The position numbers and the translations under genes were made by a program. DNA of 32,000 bases from Psychrobacter cryohalolentis K5 (GTDB taxonomy: Bacteria; Pseudomonadota; Gammaproteobacteria; Pseudomonadales; Moraxellaceae). The stretch covers positions 2,850,001-2,882,000 of the forward strand of contig NC_007969.1 in the NCBI RefSeq assembly GCF_000013905.1, in the 5' to 3' direction. This document shows, in pieces, positions 1 through 11,019 of the stretch (the stretch's first letter is position 1; every line of letters starts with the position of its first letter). The notes beneath the pieces were generated by a model. That model was given only the letters and a program-made list of their open reading frames with translations, ran no database searches and had not been told where the DNA came from.

Positions 1-311
1 TAGTATTCATCCTCAGCAGGTTCTGGCAAGATGTCTTGCTCGACCCAAAGAGTTACCCCATTCATGGTCTCAGCAACATTGCGATCAGGAATCTGCTCAA
101 ACTGAGCCACAATTCCTGTGCCTTGCTCACGCCAAGCCTTTACTGTCAAAGGTTTCATACCGGTAGCGGTTTTCATCCACCAAGGCTTGATGTCAAATAT
201 CGCCGTACGATCGTCTGTTTCACTAAATACCCAAAGCCAACCTTTGATGCCATAAGGCTTTTTGAGCTGACCAATTTTCATAAGGGCACTAGCGTTTGGA
301 GCAGACGACAT
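1..311 (-). CDS. rimM: 16S rRNA processing protein RimM, N-terminal part (gene continues past the left edge of the window)
   Basis: Manual reverse translation from the ATG at comp(309..311) gives MSSAPNASALMKIGQLKKPYGIKGWLWVFSETDDRTAIFDIKPWWMKTATGMKPLTVKAWREQGTGIVAQFEQIPDRNVAETMNGVTLWV. This carries the RimM N-terminal signature (IGxxxKPxGxKGWLxV). It lies directly downstream of rpsP, as in the conserved rpsP-rimM-trmD-rplS operon. It is missing from the ORF track because it is truncated. Confidence 0.85.
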   Translation of the reverse strand, partial: MSSAPNASALMKIGQLKKPYGIKGWLWVFSETDDRTAIFDIKPWWMKTATGMKPLTVKAWREQGTGIVAQFEQIPDRNVAETMNGVTLWVEQDILPEPAEDEY

Positions 312-490
312 AACGGCTAACCTAACAATGATAAAAACAGCGATGATAAATAAAAAGCTATTAAAAACGATAAACGTCGTCAAAAGCGATAAACAGTTAA
401 TGGCGTACCCTGGTTAGACCAGTTACGCTAGGTATTCTTAAGCCAACTGATGGATGCATAAATGCACTATCAGTCTATTGCAGCCAAAAC

Positions 491-760
491 TTAAGCAGTA
501 GCTTCAGTTTGAGCAGCAGACTTATTATAAGCTTTTGCTAATGAAGCAACGCGATCAGAAGGTTGTGCACCTTTTGCGACCCACGCATTATACGCTTCCA
601 TGTTCAAGCGCACTGCTTCTTCAGAATCTTTAGCGAGTGGGTTAAAAAAGCCAATGTTTTCAATATAGCGACCGTCACGCGCGCGGCGTTGATCAGCAAC
701 AACTACTTGATAAAATGGGCGTTTCTTGGCACCGCCCCGTGCTAAACGAATAACAACCAT
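491..760 (-). CDS. rpsP: 30S ribosomal protein S16
   Basis: The 89-aa ORF begins [43 protein letters not shown], the canonical S16 N-terminus. An SD-like AAGAGAG lies upstream of the ATG. Confidence 0.97.
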   Translation of the reverse strand: MVVIRLARGGAKKRPFYQVVVADQRRARDGRYIENIGFFNPLAKDSEEAVRLNMEAYNAWVAKGAQPSDRVASLAKAYNKSAAQTEATA

Positions 761-799
761 GTGAATTCTCTCTTTCGCAGGTATACCAAAAAGGGCATA

Positions 800-828
800 A
801 TTATACCACAGTCTTATTTTATTGAAAA
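800..828 (-). promoter_or_regulatory. Candidate sigma70 promoter of rpsP with extended -10
   Basis: On the minus strand I read TTTTCA (comp 823..828), a 17-nt spacer, then TGG-TATAAT (comp 800..808). That places the transcription start about 30 nt upstream of the rpsP ATG. This is pattern matching only. Confidence 0.45.
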
Positions 829-1056
829 CATAAACTGTGCTTATTTAATTATTTATTAACAATAGCTTAAATCGTTATGACTGTAAATAAGATTCATCAT
901 TCACGCTGCTAATATGATGGATACTCCTCTATCATATGCCTTTATCTTAAGCGGATGATATTGCCAGCGTTGTCGATGAAAGCTGGCAGCGTTATTAATG
1001 GGTTATGCTATCCTAGCAATAGCATCTGTCACTGCCTCATTATAATTTGGATTCCT

Positions 1057-2526
1057 ATGACCACGCCAAACCCACCATTGCCTCATAAAAGCTGGTTACC
1101 CCGCTCTTACTCTAATAGTCTGCTAACCACTCTAATGGTGGCTTTTATTGTTCTCATTAGCGTCGGGGTATCAATTTTGTTTTTTTGGCGCAGTCTATAT
1201 TTACCAGAGCTCAAAAGCCATGCGCGCTATTTGACCAGCGAGCTTCGGCTGATGAACAGCGCCAATCGAGACTGGCGGGACAATCCTGAAGTTCGTCAGT
1301 GGATTTATCAGCACTCACATGTAGTAGTGGTGGATAACCCAAGTGACTTTCCAGAGGTTGCGGACAAAGCTTTTGTCAGTGTTTTTACGGATGTGTTGCA
1401 GCGAGAAATCAGCGCACAATTGGGCCGACCAGTTGAAGTATATTTTAAATTTAAACCAACCCCTCAGCTTTGGGTACAAGACAGTCGTGATAGCAGTTTT
1501 TGGATACGCGAACCTGTGGTCTATTATTCGCAGTACAGCCCTACTTTATTGATCTTGTTTTTGTTTGGGCTACCCATTTTGACACTGTTGACGATTATTT
1601 TATTAGCCCGTCAATTAAACCGTCCTCTACGTTATCTTCAACGTGCTGCTACCAACTATATTCAGTTGGGTCATGCAACAACGCTACCGACCCGTCATGG
1701 TCCTACCGAGATTCGCCAAGTAAATATGGCTTTTAACCGTCTGTTTACTACTCTTAACCAGGCGCAAAAAGAGCGTACGATTATGTTAGCTGGCATCTCA
1801 CACGATTTGCGTACCCCGCTGACTCGTATGCGCTTAACTGCTGAAATGCTGCCCGATGATTTTTTTCGTGAAGGGTTGATTTACGATATCGAAGATATGG
1901 ATGCTATTTTAGAGCAATTTATCTCGTTTATGAAAGATGGCTCCGATGAGCCTGTACGCCTTACCAATTTAGATACCATATTTAATGAGATTATGGTGCA
2001 ATTTGCGCCACTAGAGTTTATTTATCAGTCAGAATGCAGCAAGCTTGTGCCCGTACGTCCTATGTCGATTAAGCGCCTGATTATCAATCTGGTGAATAAT
2101 GCCAAGCGTTATGGTGAACCGCCTATTTATCTGTCTGCTGTTGTCATGCCAACCTTTGTAGAAAAAGAGGTGATAGAATACAGCGATGTCGTGACCGAAA
2201 ATACAGTCAATAAAGAAGCAAAAGAGCAGTTGATTATATGTGTGCGAGACTGCGGCGATGGGGTGGCAGAAGACCAACTCGAGCGTGTCATGCAGCCGTT
2301 TGAGCGTGGCGAATCAGCGCGTACCACTCAGGGTAGTGGACTCGGCTTGGCGATTGTTGACCGTATCGCGCGCTTGCATCATGGAACAGTTGAGGCTATT
2401 AATCATCCAGATGGTGGTCTACAAGTCTGTATTCGCATCCCTCTCATTTCAGAAGTTGCCGGAGAGCAGCCTTTGGATATCAATCCCGCTACAAAGCCAT
2501 TTATTGAGACAGTTGATACTAAATAA
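1057..2526 (+). CDS. envZ: EnvZ-like osmosensor histidine kinase (orphan, no adjacent response regulator)
   Basis: The H-box [22 protein letters not shown] is close to E. coli EnvZ [22 protein letters not shown]. A HAMP-like [14 protein letters not shown] segment follows the second TM helix. The N box is LVNNAKRYG and the G boxes are DCGDGV and GSGLGLAIV. The tracked ORF starts at 955, but its first 34 codons look non-genic, so I chose the ATG at 1057 ([13 protein letters not shown]...). Confidence 0.85.
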   Translation: [489 protein letters not shown]

Positions 2527-2624
2527 AATAGATACCTTATTTTATGGGGCGAGACTGGGACGAATTTTTCTCGCTTAATCACTTTTATATTGAACTGATC
2601 ATAATAGTGCCAATCAATCATACT

Positions 2625-2658
2625 AAAAAAGCAACGACTGGCTATCGTTGCTTTTTTT
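2625..2658. terminator. Bidirectional rho-independent terminator between envZ-like gene (+) and the 58-codon ORF (-)
   Basis: The stem is GCAACGA (2631..2637) paired with TCGTTGC (2645..2651), with a 7-nt loop. It is flanked by A6 (2625..2630) and T7 (2652..2658), so a hairpin followed by a U-run exists on both strands. Confidence 0.75.
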
Positions 2659-2703
2659 GTTATTTTTCTTTAGATATAAAAACTTCAACGGTTATAAAAC
2701 TTA

Positions 2704-2880
2704 TTACTTGTTGCCAATAACTGGTGGAATATACTCAGCACTGTTAGTAAACGCTAAAGGCTGGGTAATCTCATCCTGCGCTACCTTTAGCGTCTGAGTA
2801 GTACTTGGCTGCTGTAAGAATAAATAATATCCTAGTGTGACAGCATTTAATACCACCAAACCCCCAAATAAATACGGCAT
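2704..2880 (-). CDS. Small predicted membrane protein, 58 aa (below the ORF-track size cutoff)
   Basis: Manual translation gives MPYLFGGLVVLNAVTLGYYLFLQQPSTTQTLKVAQDEITQPLAFTNSAEYIPPVIGNK. GGAGGAGGG lies 6-7 nt upstream of the ATG (plus-strand CCCTCCTCC at 2888..2896). The N-terminus has one hydrophobic helix. The ORF ends about 45 nt before the bidirectional terminator at 2625..2658. I do not recognise the family. Confidence 0.5.
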   Translation of the reverse strand: MPYLFGGLVVLNAVTLGYYLFLQQPSTTQTLKVAQDEITQPLAFTNSAEYIPPVIGNK

Positions 2881-3057
2881 CCGTTGCCCTCCTCCATTAA
2901 AGACTAAATAACAGCAATAAATAACTTGTTAGCGTCATTTATGATCAGTTAGAAATAACATAGCTACAAGTGAAATAGTATTTCGATAGACATTTTGATA
3001 CCTTTATAAAAGTCATCTTAACAGCACTGTTTTATTTCAAAAGTATATTAACGATGC

Positions 3058-4743
3058 TTATGCATCAAACTCACGCTCACTCTTATCTTGGGTTAATTCA
3101 TCGGCTGCTAGAATTTGTGTCAGTGGCTTGATAGGCCATGTCATCACAAACCGCGCGCCACCAAGATCTCGGCTCTCATCAACCTTCATACCACCATTAA
3201 ACCAAAAAGCAATGCGTGATACGATAGACAAGCCCAGACCGTAGCCACCTGAGGCACGGGTCCGACTATCGTCTAAGCGGGAGAATGGAATAAAGACCTT
3301 TTCGCGATCTGCTTCTGGAATACCGTGACCATCATCTTCAACGCTGACAAAGGCATTGCCCTTTTTGACCCCAGCACTAATGATAATCGTAGTCTCCGCA
3401 TAACGCAGAGCATTACCAGCCAAATTTTGAATCACTCGATGTAAGTAGCGTCTATCTGCTATCGCCTCTACTTTAGCATTTGGCAGTTTGGTGACAATTT
3501 TAATCGGTTTACCCAAGGCATTGGTTTCACGCTCAATCTGCTCAAGCAGCTCTCGAAGATTGACTGGTTCCAAATCTAGTTTGGGCGAGCCTTCTTCAAG
3601 TTTCGCATAGGTGAGAATTTCATCAATCAAGCCATTAAGCGCTTCGATATCTTCATCAATAAAGTCACGCTGCATAAAACGCGAATCTTCATCATCAGTA
3701 TCTGCCAGCATATCAACAGCAAAGCGAATACGTGCAACGGGCGTACGTAGCTCATGTGACACCGCTCGCGTTAGCTCTCGCTGCGACTCAATCAAACGCT
3801 TAATATGAGAAGTCATGGCATTAAAGGTTGCAGCTAAACGGGCGATTTCATCTTGACCAATCACCTGTACTTGACTTTCAAGATTACCTTTACTGACCTC
3901 ATTCACCCCGACCTGTATCAGTTGTAACTTGCGCTCAAGCGGGAAAATCAGTGCATACACACCCAAACTAATTAAAAACATACTGATCAAAATCATACTG
4001 ACGATCAAGTTTAGTGGGAACCAATTAAATAAAGGTACTGGACCGATCAAAATTGCCATATCACTAATTTCAGACGGCACAATGACTTTGATAGATGAGT
4101 TACTTTTACTGGTATTGGTATCTTGCAATAAGATAACCACCTCATCACGGCGCAAGCGCGCCATCTGATCAGGATCCAAATTGAGCGCCGCTACTGCTTT
4201 AAATGCTAAAGGAAATGAAAACTTTTCTTCTAACTGTGCCAAACGTGCACGTTTATCAGACAAAGTAATATAATAGGACAAATCATCTAGCAAAAATACG
4301 GCGATAGCTCTGACTTGCTGTTCAGTCACTTGTGAGATACGCGCAGTCAAAACACCTTGATTGTCTGGTAGGCGATAATAGACATCAGCAGTGGTCAGTT
4401 GACTGATATAGCGTACGACCGTGTTTTCTTTCTCAAAACGGCGCAGCTCGCTGGCATTAAAATCAACTTCATCGATAGACACGATCTTAAATTCTGAGCC
4501 AAACAAACTACTGGCATCAGACAACCAATAATCACGTTGCGCCTCGTTTTCTTGGTGAGCCAAACCCTCACTCACGATATGAAACGCCCCTGTCGCCATA
4601 TTTTCACGATAAGATTGGACACGCTCTTTATTGATGGTATCCATCAATAGCTGGGCAAATAGTGCCACACACAAGCAGACTATCAATAGCCCTGCATAAA
4701 TACGAACAAAAATACTGTGTTTAAGAGAAGAGACTAATGACAT
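3058..4743 (-). CDS. bfmS: Sensor histidine kinase, BfmS/RstB-like (HAMP + HisKA + HATPase_c)
   Basis: The H-box is ELTRAVSHELRTPVARIRFAVDML, the N box is IQNLAGNALRYA, and the G boxes are DDGHGIP and GGYGLGLSIV. It has two TM segments and lies downstream of the BfmR-like regulator. The tracked start at 4758 is a TTG, so I chose the ATG at 4743 (MSLVSSLKH...). Confidence 0.8.
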   Translation of the reverse strand: MSLVSSLKHSIFVRIYAGLLIVCLCVALFAQLLMDTINKERVQSYRENMATGAFHIVSEGLAHQENEAQRDYWLSDASSLFGSEFKIVSIDEVDFNASELRRFEKENTVVRYISQLTTADVYYRLPDNQGVLTARISQVTEQQVRAIAVFLLDDLSYYITLSDKRARLAQLEEKFSFPLAFKAVAALNLDPDQMARLRRDEVVILLQDTNTSKSNSSIKVIVPSEISDMAILIGPVPLFNWFPLNLIVSMILISMFLISLGVYALIFPLERKLQLIQVGVNEVSKGNLESQVQVIGQDEIARLAATFNAMTSHIKRLIESQRELTRAVSHELRTPVARIRFAVDMLADTDDEDSRFMQRDFIDEDIEALNGLIDEILTYAKLEEGSPKLDLEPVNLRELLEQIERETNALGKPIKIVTKLPNAKVEAIADRRYLHRVIQNLAGNALRYAETTIIISAGVKKGNAFVSVEDDGHGIPEADREKVFIPFSRLDDSRTRASGGYGLGLSIVSRIAFWFNGGMKVDESRDLGGARFVMTWPIKPLTQILAADELTQDKSEREFDA

Positions 4744-4914
4744 ACGTGCCGTGACCAACCTGATGAATAAGCGTTATCAATAGATATAATACCTATTATA
4801 GGATAATATTTGCTGTGATATATATTTATATGATAATTAAACTGGTACATAAAATTATCGCTTAATTAAACCACATAACGCAGCAATTAAGGTTAAAAAC
4901 TTAATATTTAAACC

Positions 4915-4941
4915 CTAAAAAACCAGCTTTACGCTGGTTTC
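4915..4941 (-). terminator. Candidate rho-independent terminator between bfmR and bfmS
   Basis: On the minus strand I read AACCAGC-GTAAA-GCTGGTT followed by TTTT(A)GGG. The plus-strand stem arms are at 4921..4927 and 4933..4939, with the A-run at 4917..4922. It sits about 50 nt after the bfmR stop and about 175 nt before the bfmS start. Confidence 0.5.
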
Positions 4942-4988
4942 TTATTGCATAACGAGGAACAATCAAGACTTATAGCAAAAGTCGGCGA

Positions 4989-5705
4989 TTAGTTGCCTTC
5001 TTTTACGAACAGATAGCCTTTACTACGTACGGTTTTGATACGTTTTGGGTTTTCTGGATCATCACCGATTTTTGGACGAATGCGTGAGATACGGACGTCA
5101 ATAGAGCGATCTTGACCATCGTACTCAATACCACGTAGACGCTCAAAGATATCTTCGCGAGATAGAATACGACCAGCATTAGAAGCAAGCAACCATAGTA
5201 GATCATATTCTGCACTGGTGAAATCTACTAACTCATCACCTAGATTCACTGAACGACCACCATTATCGATAACCAATTCACCAAACTCTAGACGCTGTGG
5301 CACATCTTCTGACGGGGCGTTTTCTGAACGGCGCAATAACGCACGAATACGCGCTAATAAAACACGTGGCTGAGCAGGCTTAGCAACATAATCGTCGGCG
5401 CCCATCTCAAGACCCAATACTTGATCCATATCTTCAGTACGAGCCGTCAGCATTAAGATAGGGTTTTGGTAATGTGGACGTACTTCACGACAGACTGTCA
5501 AGCCATCGCTACCTGGAAGCATGACATCAAGTACAACCAAATCTGGCTGCTCACTGACAATACGACGAATGGCGCGATTACCATCCGTTTCAATCGCCAC
5601 TTCTAGACCGTTTTTGACCAAATAATCTTGGGTCAACATGGCCAGACGCTCATCGTCCTCAACAATCAAAATTCGGGGGGTGTTGTCATCATCATTCGTT
5701 GTCAT
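4989..5705 (-). CDS. bfmR: OmpR/PhoB-family response regulator, BfmR (RstA-like)
   Basis: The 238-aa ORF matches, from memory, Acinetobacter BfmR over long stretches. Examples are ILIVEDDERLA.LTQ.YL..NGLEV..ETDGNRAIRRI.SEQPDLVVLDVMLPG.DGLTVCREVRPHY..PILMLTARTEDMDQVLGLEMGADDYVAKP.QPRVLLARIRALLRR, and a C-terminal winged helix DFTSAEYDLLWLLASNAGRILSREDIFERLRGIEYDGQDRSIDVRISRIRPKIGDDPENPKRIKTVRSKGYLFVKE. The SD AGAGGA lies upstream. Confidence 0.88.
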   Translation of the reverse strand: MTTNDDDNTPRILIVEDDERLAMLTQDYLVKNGLEVAIETDGNRAIRRIVSEQPDLVVLDVMLPGSDGLTVCREVRPHYQNPILMLTARTEDMDQVLGLEMGADDYVAKPAQPRVLLARIRALLRRSENAPSEDVPQRLEFGELVIDNGGRSVNLGDELVDFTSAEYDLLWLLASNAGRILSREDIFERLRGIEYDGQDRSIDVRISRIRPKIGDDPENPKRIKTVRSKGYLFVKEGN

Positions 5706-6157
5706 TGTTATATCCTCTAATACATCTCATTTAAAAGTAGTCAAAATAAGAGCAGTAAAATGAATAGCACTACAAAATAGTGCAACTGCTGTTTATATAG
5801 CTGTTACAAACTTGGCAGCACAGTATACTATTAATCCTGCAGCTTCTTATACTATAGCTTATAGTCGTTAACAAAACCTATAAACTACGACCATTAAAAC
5901 TTTATTTTACGTGCAAAAATCATACCGTTTATCATATTCAAAAAGCGTCAAATAACTTTATTTGCTGATAACCGTTTCGCTATGTCTAAAGCTTTCAATC
6001 GTAAGCCTGATCACTAAGTAAAGCGCATAAAACAGCTCAACTCTATAAGTTAGCAAACTATTTTCCAACCCTTAATATAACCATATATTGCCGTTGTTGC
6101 TAGTAGCTTTTTGGCTAAAAGCTAAAAACCATCACTATCCAATAAAACCAATAGCCA

Positions 6158-6190
6158 TAAAAAAACAGCCCATAAAGGACTGTTTTTTTA
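6158..6190 (-). terminator. Rho-independent terminator after atpC (structurally bidirectional)
   Basis: The stem is ACAGCC (6165..6170) paired with GG(A)CTGT (6077-style numbering does not apply; 6177..6183) with one bulge and a 6-nt loop. It is flanked by A7 (6159..6165) and T7 (6183..6189). It lies about 50 nt downstream of the atpC stop. Confidence 0.55.
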
Positions 6191-6235
6191 TTATTGCTTA
6201 CAAGAATAAATATTTACCCTTATAAGCAAAAAATA

Positions 6236-6652
6236 TTAAGCACGGTTTTTGTACTTACGGATGGTCTGTAGCTGAGCAACAGATTCCGCCAATGACGCCA
6301 AGGCAGCATTAGTTTGTACGGTATCAGACTGATTGACCAGCATTTGCTCCGCTTTCTTACGTGCTTCAACGATTTTACTTTCGTCAAGGTTATGTGCACG
6401 CATTGCTGTATCAGCCAATACGGTAACCATCTTAGGCTGTACTTCTAGCACGCCACCTGAGACATAAATAACTTCTTCTTCACCGTCTGGCGTTTGCACT
6501 CGCATCGCACCCGGTTTTAACAAAGTAATAAGCGGTGTGTGACCTGGCAATACACCAATCTCGCCTTCGGTACCCGTCGCTATTAACATGCTAATTTCGC
6601 CTGAATACAACTCTTCACGAGCACTTACGACGCGACATTGTAACGTTGCCAT
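6236..6652 (-). CDS. atpC: F1 ATP synthase subunit epsilon
   Basis: The 138-aa ORF begins MATLQCRVVSAREELYSGEISMLIATGTEGEIGVLPGHTPLIT. It is the last gene of the atp operon. Confidence 0.95.
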   Translation of the reverse strand: MATLQCRVVSAREELYSGEISMLIATGTEGEIGVLPGHTPLITLLKPGAMRVQTPDGEEEVIYVSGGVLEVQPKMVTVLADTAMRAHNLDESKIVEARKKAEQMLVNQSDTVQTNAALASLAESVAQLQTIRKYKNRA

Positions 6653-6756
6653 ACTTAATTCCTTACTATCAAAGCGCGATCAAAAACGCAACACGTTACT
6701 AAAGAGTAGATATAAAGTTTATATTACACCTACTTTTTAGCGAATACTAATACCAC

Positions 6757-9122
<2,366 letters not shown>

Positions 9123-9286
9123 AATGATTCCAATATAAGAGGGTTAAAAAAGCATTGGCGCATGCAACAATATTTCAATATAAAACGGTATTCTCATTAA
9201 CAATGTACAATTTAGCATTGCATCATTGTTTAAATGTTTTAATATCTTGTGGCATGACGCAACCATATACCATGAGTTGTGACTAA

Positions 9287-9333
9287 AGTGGCGCTGCTGT
9301 CTTAATAAAAAGCTTATCAGACAACGCGCCACT
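9287..9333. repeat. Long imperfect hairpin / inverted repeat inside the atpA-atpG spacer
   Basis: AGTGGCGC (9287..9294) pairs perfectly with GCGCCACT (9326..9333). The stem extends through TGTCT/AGACA after a small internal loop. No U-run follows on the transcribed (minus) strand. Confidence 0.6.
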
Positions 9334-9383
9334 CCATAAGCTCTAACACTAAAGCCACAACAAAACTGGCTTAACCCGTTAAA

Positions 9384-10928
9384 TTAATAACTGTGATTTT
9401 GTTTAAAAGTCTCTAAAGAAGACTTTAAACGACCTGCGATATCATCGTTATAATTCGCAGTGTCATCAATCTCTTTCATTAAGTCAGCTTGCTCATCATG
9501 CATGTAGCGTAAGTAAGCTTCTTCAAAAGAACCGATTTTTTCAACTGGTACGTCTGCTAAGAAACCTTCGTTTGACGCATAGATAACAGCGGCTTGCTCA
9601 GAGATTGACATTGGCTGATACTGTTTTTGCTTCATCAATTCAGTCACACGCTCACCGTGGTCAAGCTGTTCACGAGTCACATCATCAAGATCTGATGCAA
9701 ACTGAGCGAATGCTGCAAGTTCACGATACTGAGCCAGTGCGGTACGGATACCACCAGACAGTTTCTTAATAATCTTAGTCTGAGCCGCACCACCAACACG
9801 TGATACCGAAATACCAGCGTTCACAGCCGGACGGATACCTGAGTTGAATAGGCTTGACTCTAAGAAAATCTGACCATCAGTGATTGAAATCACGTTAGTC
9901 GGTACAAATGCAGATACGTCACCTGCTTGGGTTTCAATGATAGGTAGAGCAGTTAAAGAACCTGTTTTACCGACCACTTCACCATTGGTGAATTTTTCTA
10001 CATACGCCGCGTTTACGCGTGATGCACGCTCAAGTAAACGTGAGTGTAAATAGAATACATCACCAGGATACGCTTCACGACCTGGCGGACGACGTAATAG
10101 TAGTGAGATTTGACGATACGCGACTGCTTGTTTTGATAAATCATCAAATACAATCAGTGCATCTTCGCCGCGGTCACGGAAGTATTCACCCATCGTACAA
10201 CCTGAGTACGGTGCGATATATTGCAGTGCTGCTGGCTCTGATGCTGACGCTACTACAACAGTAGTATATTCAAGGGCGCCAGTTTGCTCAAGCTTACGTA
10301 CGACGTTGGCAATGGTAGAACGTTTCTGACCGATTGCAACATAGACACATTTAATACCAGATGATTTCTGTGCAATGATCGCATCGATAGCCATCGCGGT
10401 TTTACCCGTCTGACGATCACCAATGATAAGCTCACGCTGACCACGACCGATTGGAATCATGGTATCAACAGACTTATAACCTGTCATTACTGGCTGATCA
10501 ACTGACTGACGATCGATAACGCCTGGAGCGATCTTCTCAACTTTGTCAGTCATTTTGGCATTAATAGGACCTTTGCCATCAATAGGGTTACCTAAAGCAT
10601 CAACAACACGGCCTAGCAACTCAGGACCTACCGGAACTTCAAGGATACGACCAGTACAATAGGCTTTTTGACCTTCTTGTAGTTTTAGGAAGTCACCCAG
10701 TACTACTGCGCCAACAGAATCACGCTCTAAGTTGAGCGCCATTCCGTAGACTTCACCTTCAAACTCAATCATTTCGCCGTACATGGCATCTTCAAGACCA
10801 TGAATCTGCACGATACCGTCAGATACTTTGACAATCGTGCCTTCATTCTTTGCAGTTGCACCCGCATCAAGGTCTTGAATGCGCTGCTTAATCAGGTTAC
10901 TGATTTCCGCTGGATTCAATTGTTGCAT
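9384..10928 (-). CDS. atpA: F1 ATP synthase subunit alpha
   Basis: The 514-aa ORF has the Walker A motif GDRQTGKT and the N-terminus [17 protein letters not shown]. Confidence 0.98.
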   Translation of the reverse strand: MQQLNPAEISNLIKQRIQDLDAGATAKNEGTIVKVSDGIVQIHGLEDAMYGEMIEFEGEVYGMALNLERDSVGAVVLGDFLKLQEGQKAYCTGRILEVPVGPELLGRVVDALGNPIDGKGPINAKMTDKVEKIAPGVIDRQSVDQPVMTGYKSVDTMIPIGRGQRELIIGDRQTGKTAMAIDAIIAQKSSGIKCVYVAIGQKRSTIANVVRKLEQTGALEYTTVVVASASEPAALQYIAPYSGCTMGEYFRDRGEDALIVFDDLSKQAVAYRQISLLLRRPPGREAYPGDVFYLHSRLLERASRVNAAYVEKFTNGEVVGKTGSLTALPIIETQAGDVSAFVPTNVISITDGQIFLESSLFNSGIRPAVNAGISVSRVGGAAQTKIIKKLSGGIRTALAQYRELAAFAQFASDLDDVTREQLDHGERVTELMKQKQYQPMSISEQAAVIYASNEGFLADVPVEKIGSFEEAYLRYMHDEQADLMKEIDDTANYNDDIAGRLKSSLETFKQNHSY

Positions 10929-11019
10929 TGCCTTGTTTCCTTTAATTTATGATAACCCGCCACTGACGTAAATGCTCTTATATCACGCATGCTTAATTAA
11001 GCTACGTTAATGATTGGCA

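Noticed and set aside
36-320. A 94-aa plus-strand ORF at the left edge of the window.
   Set aside because: It lies entirely antisense to a clear RimM N-terminal reading frame on the minus strand, has no SD, and resembles no protein family I recognise. I treat it as a shadow ORF.
955-1056. N-terminal extensions proposed by the ORF track for envZ. The same issue applies to zur (15878), cpdA (18485), gluQ (20543), glnK (28005), SulP (25087), bfmS (4758) and the DUF2147 gene (30438).
   Set aside because: The extensions start at TTG/GTG or at upstream ATGs without an SD. They encode non-homologous residues ahead of the conserved family N-terminus, and internal ATGs with better SDs fit the family lengths.
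9144-9332. A 62-aa ORF in the atpA-atpG spacer.
   Set aside because: It has no SD and starts inside the long hairpin. Its Cys/His/Leu-rich composition is junk-like. I treat the region as noncoding structured RNA instead.
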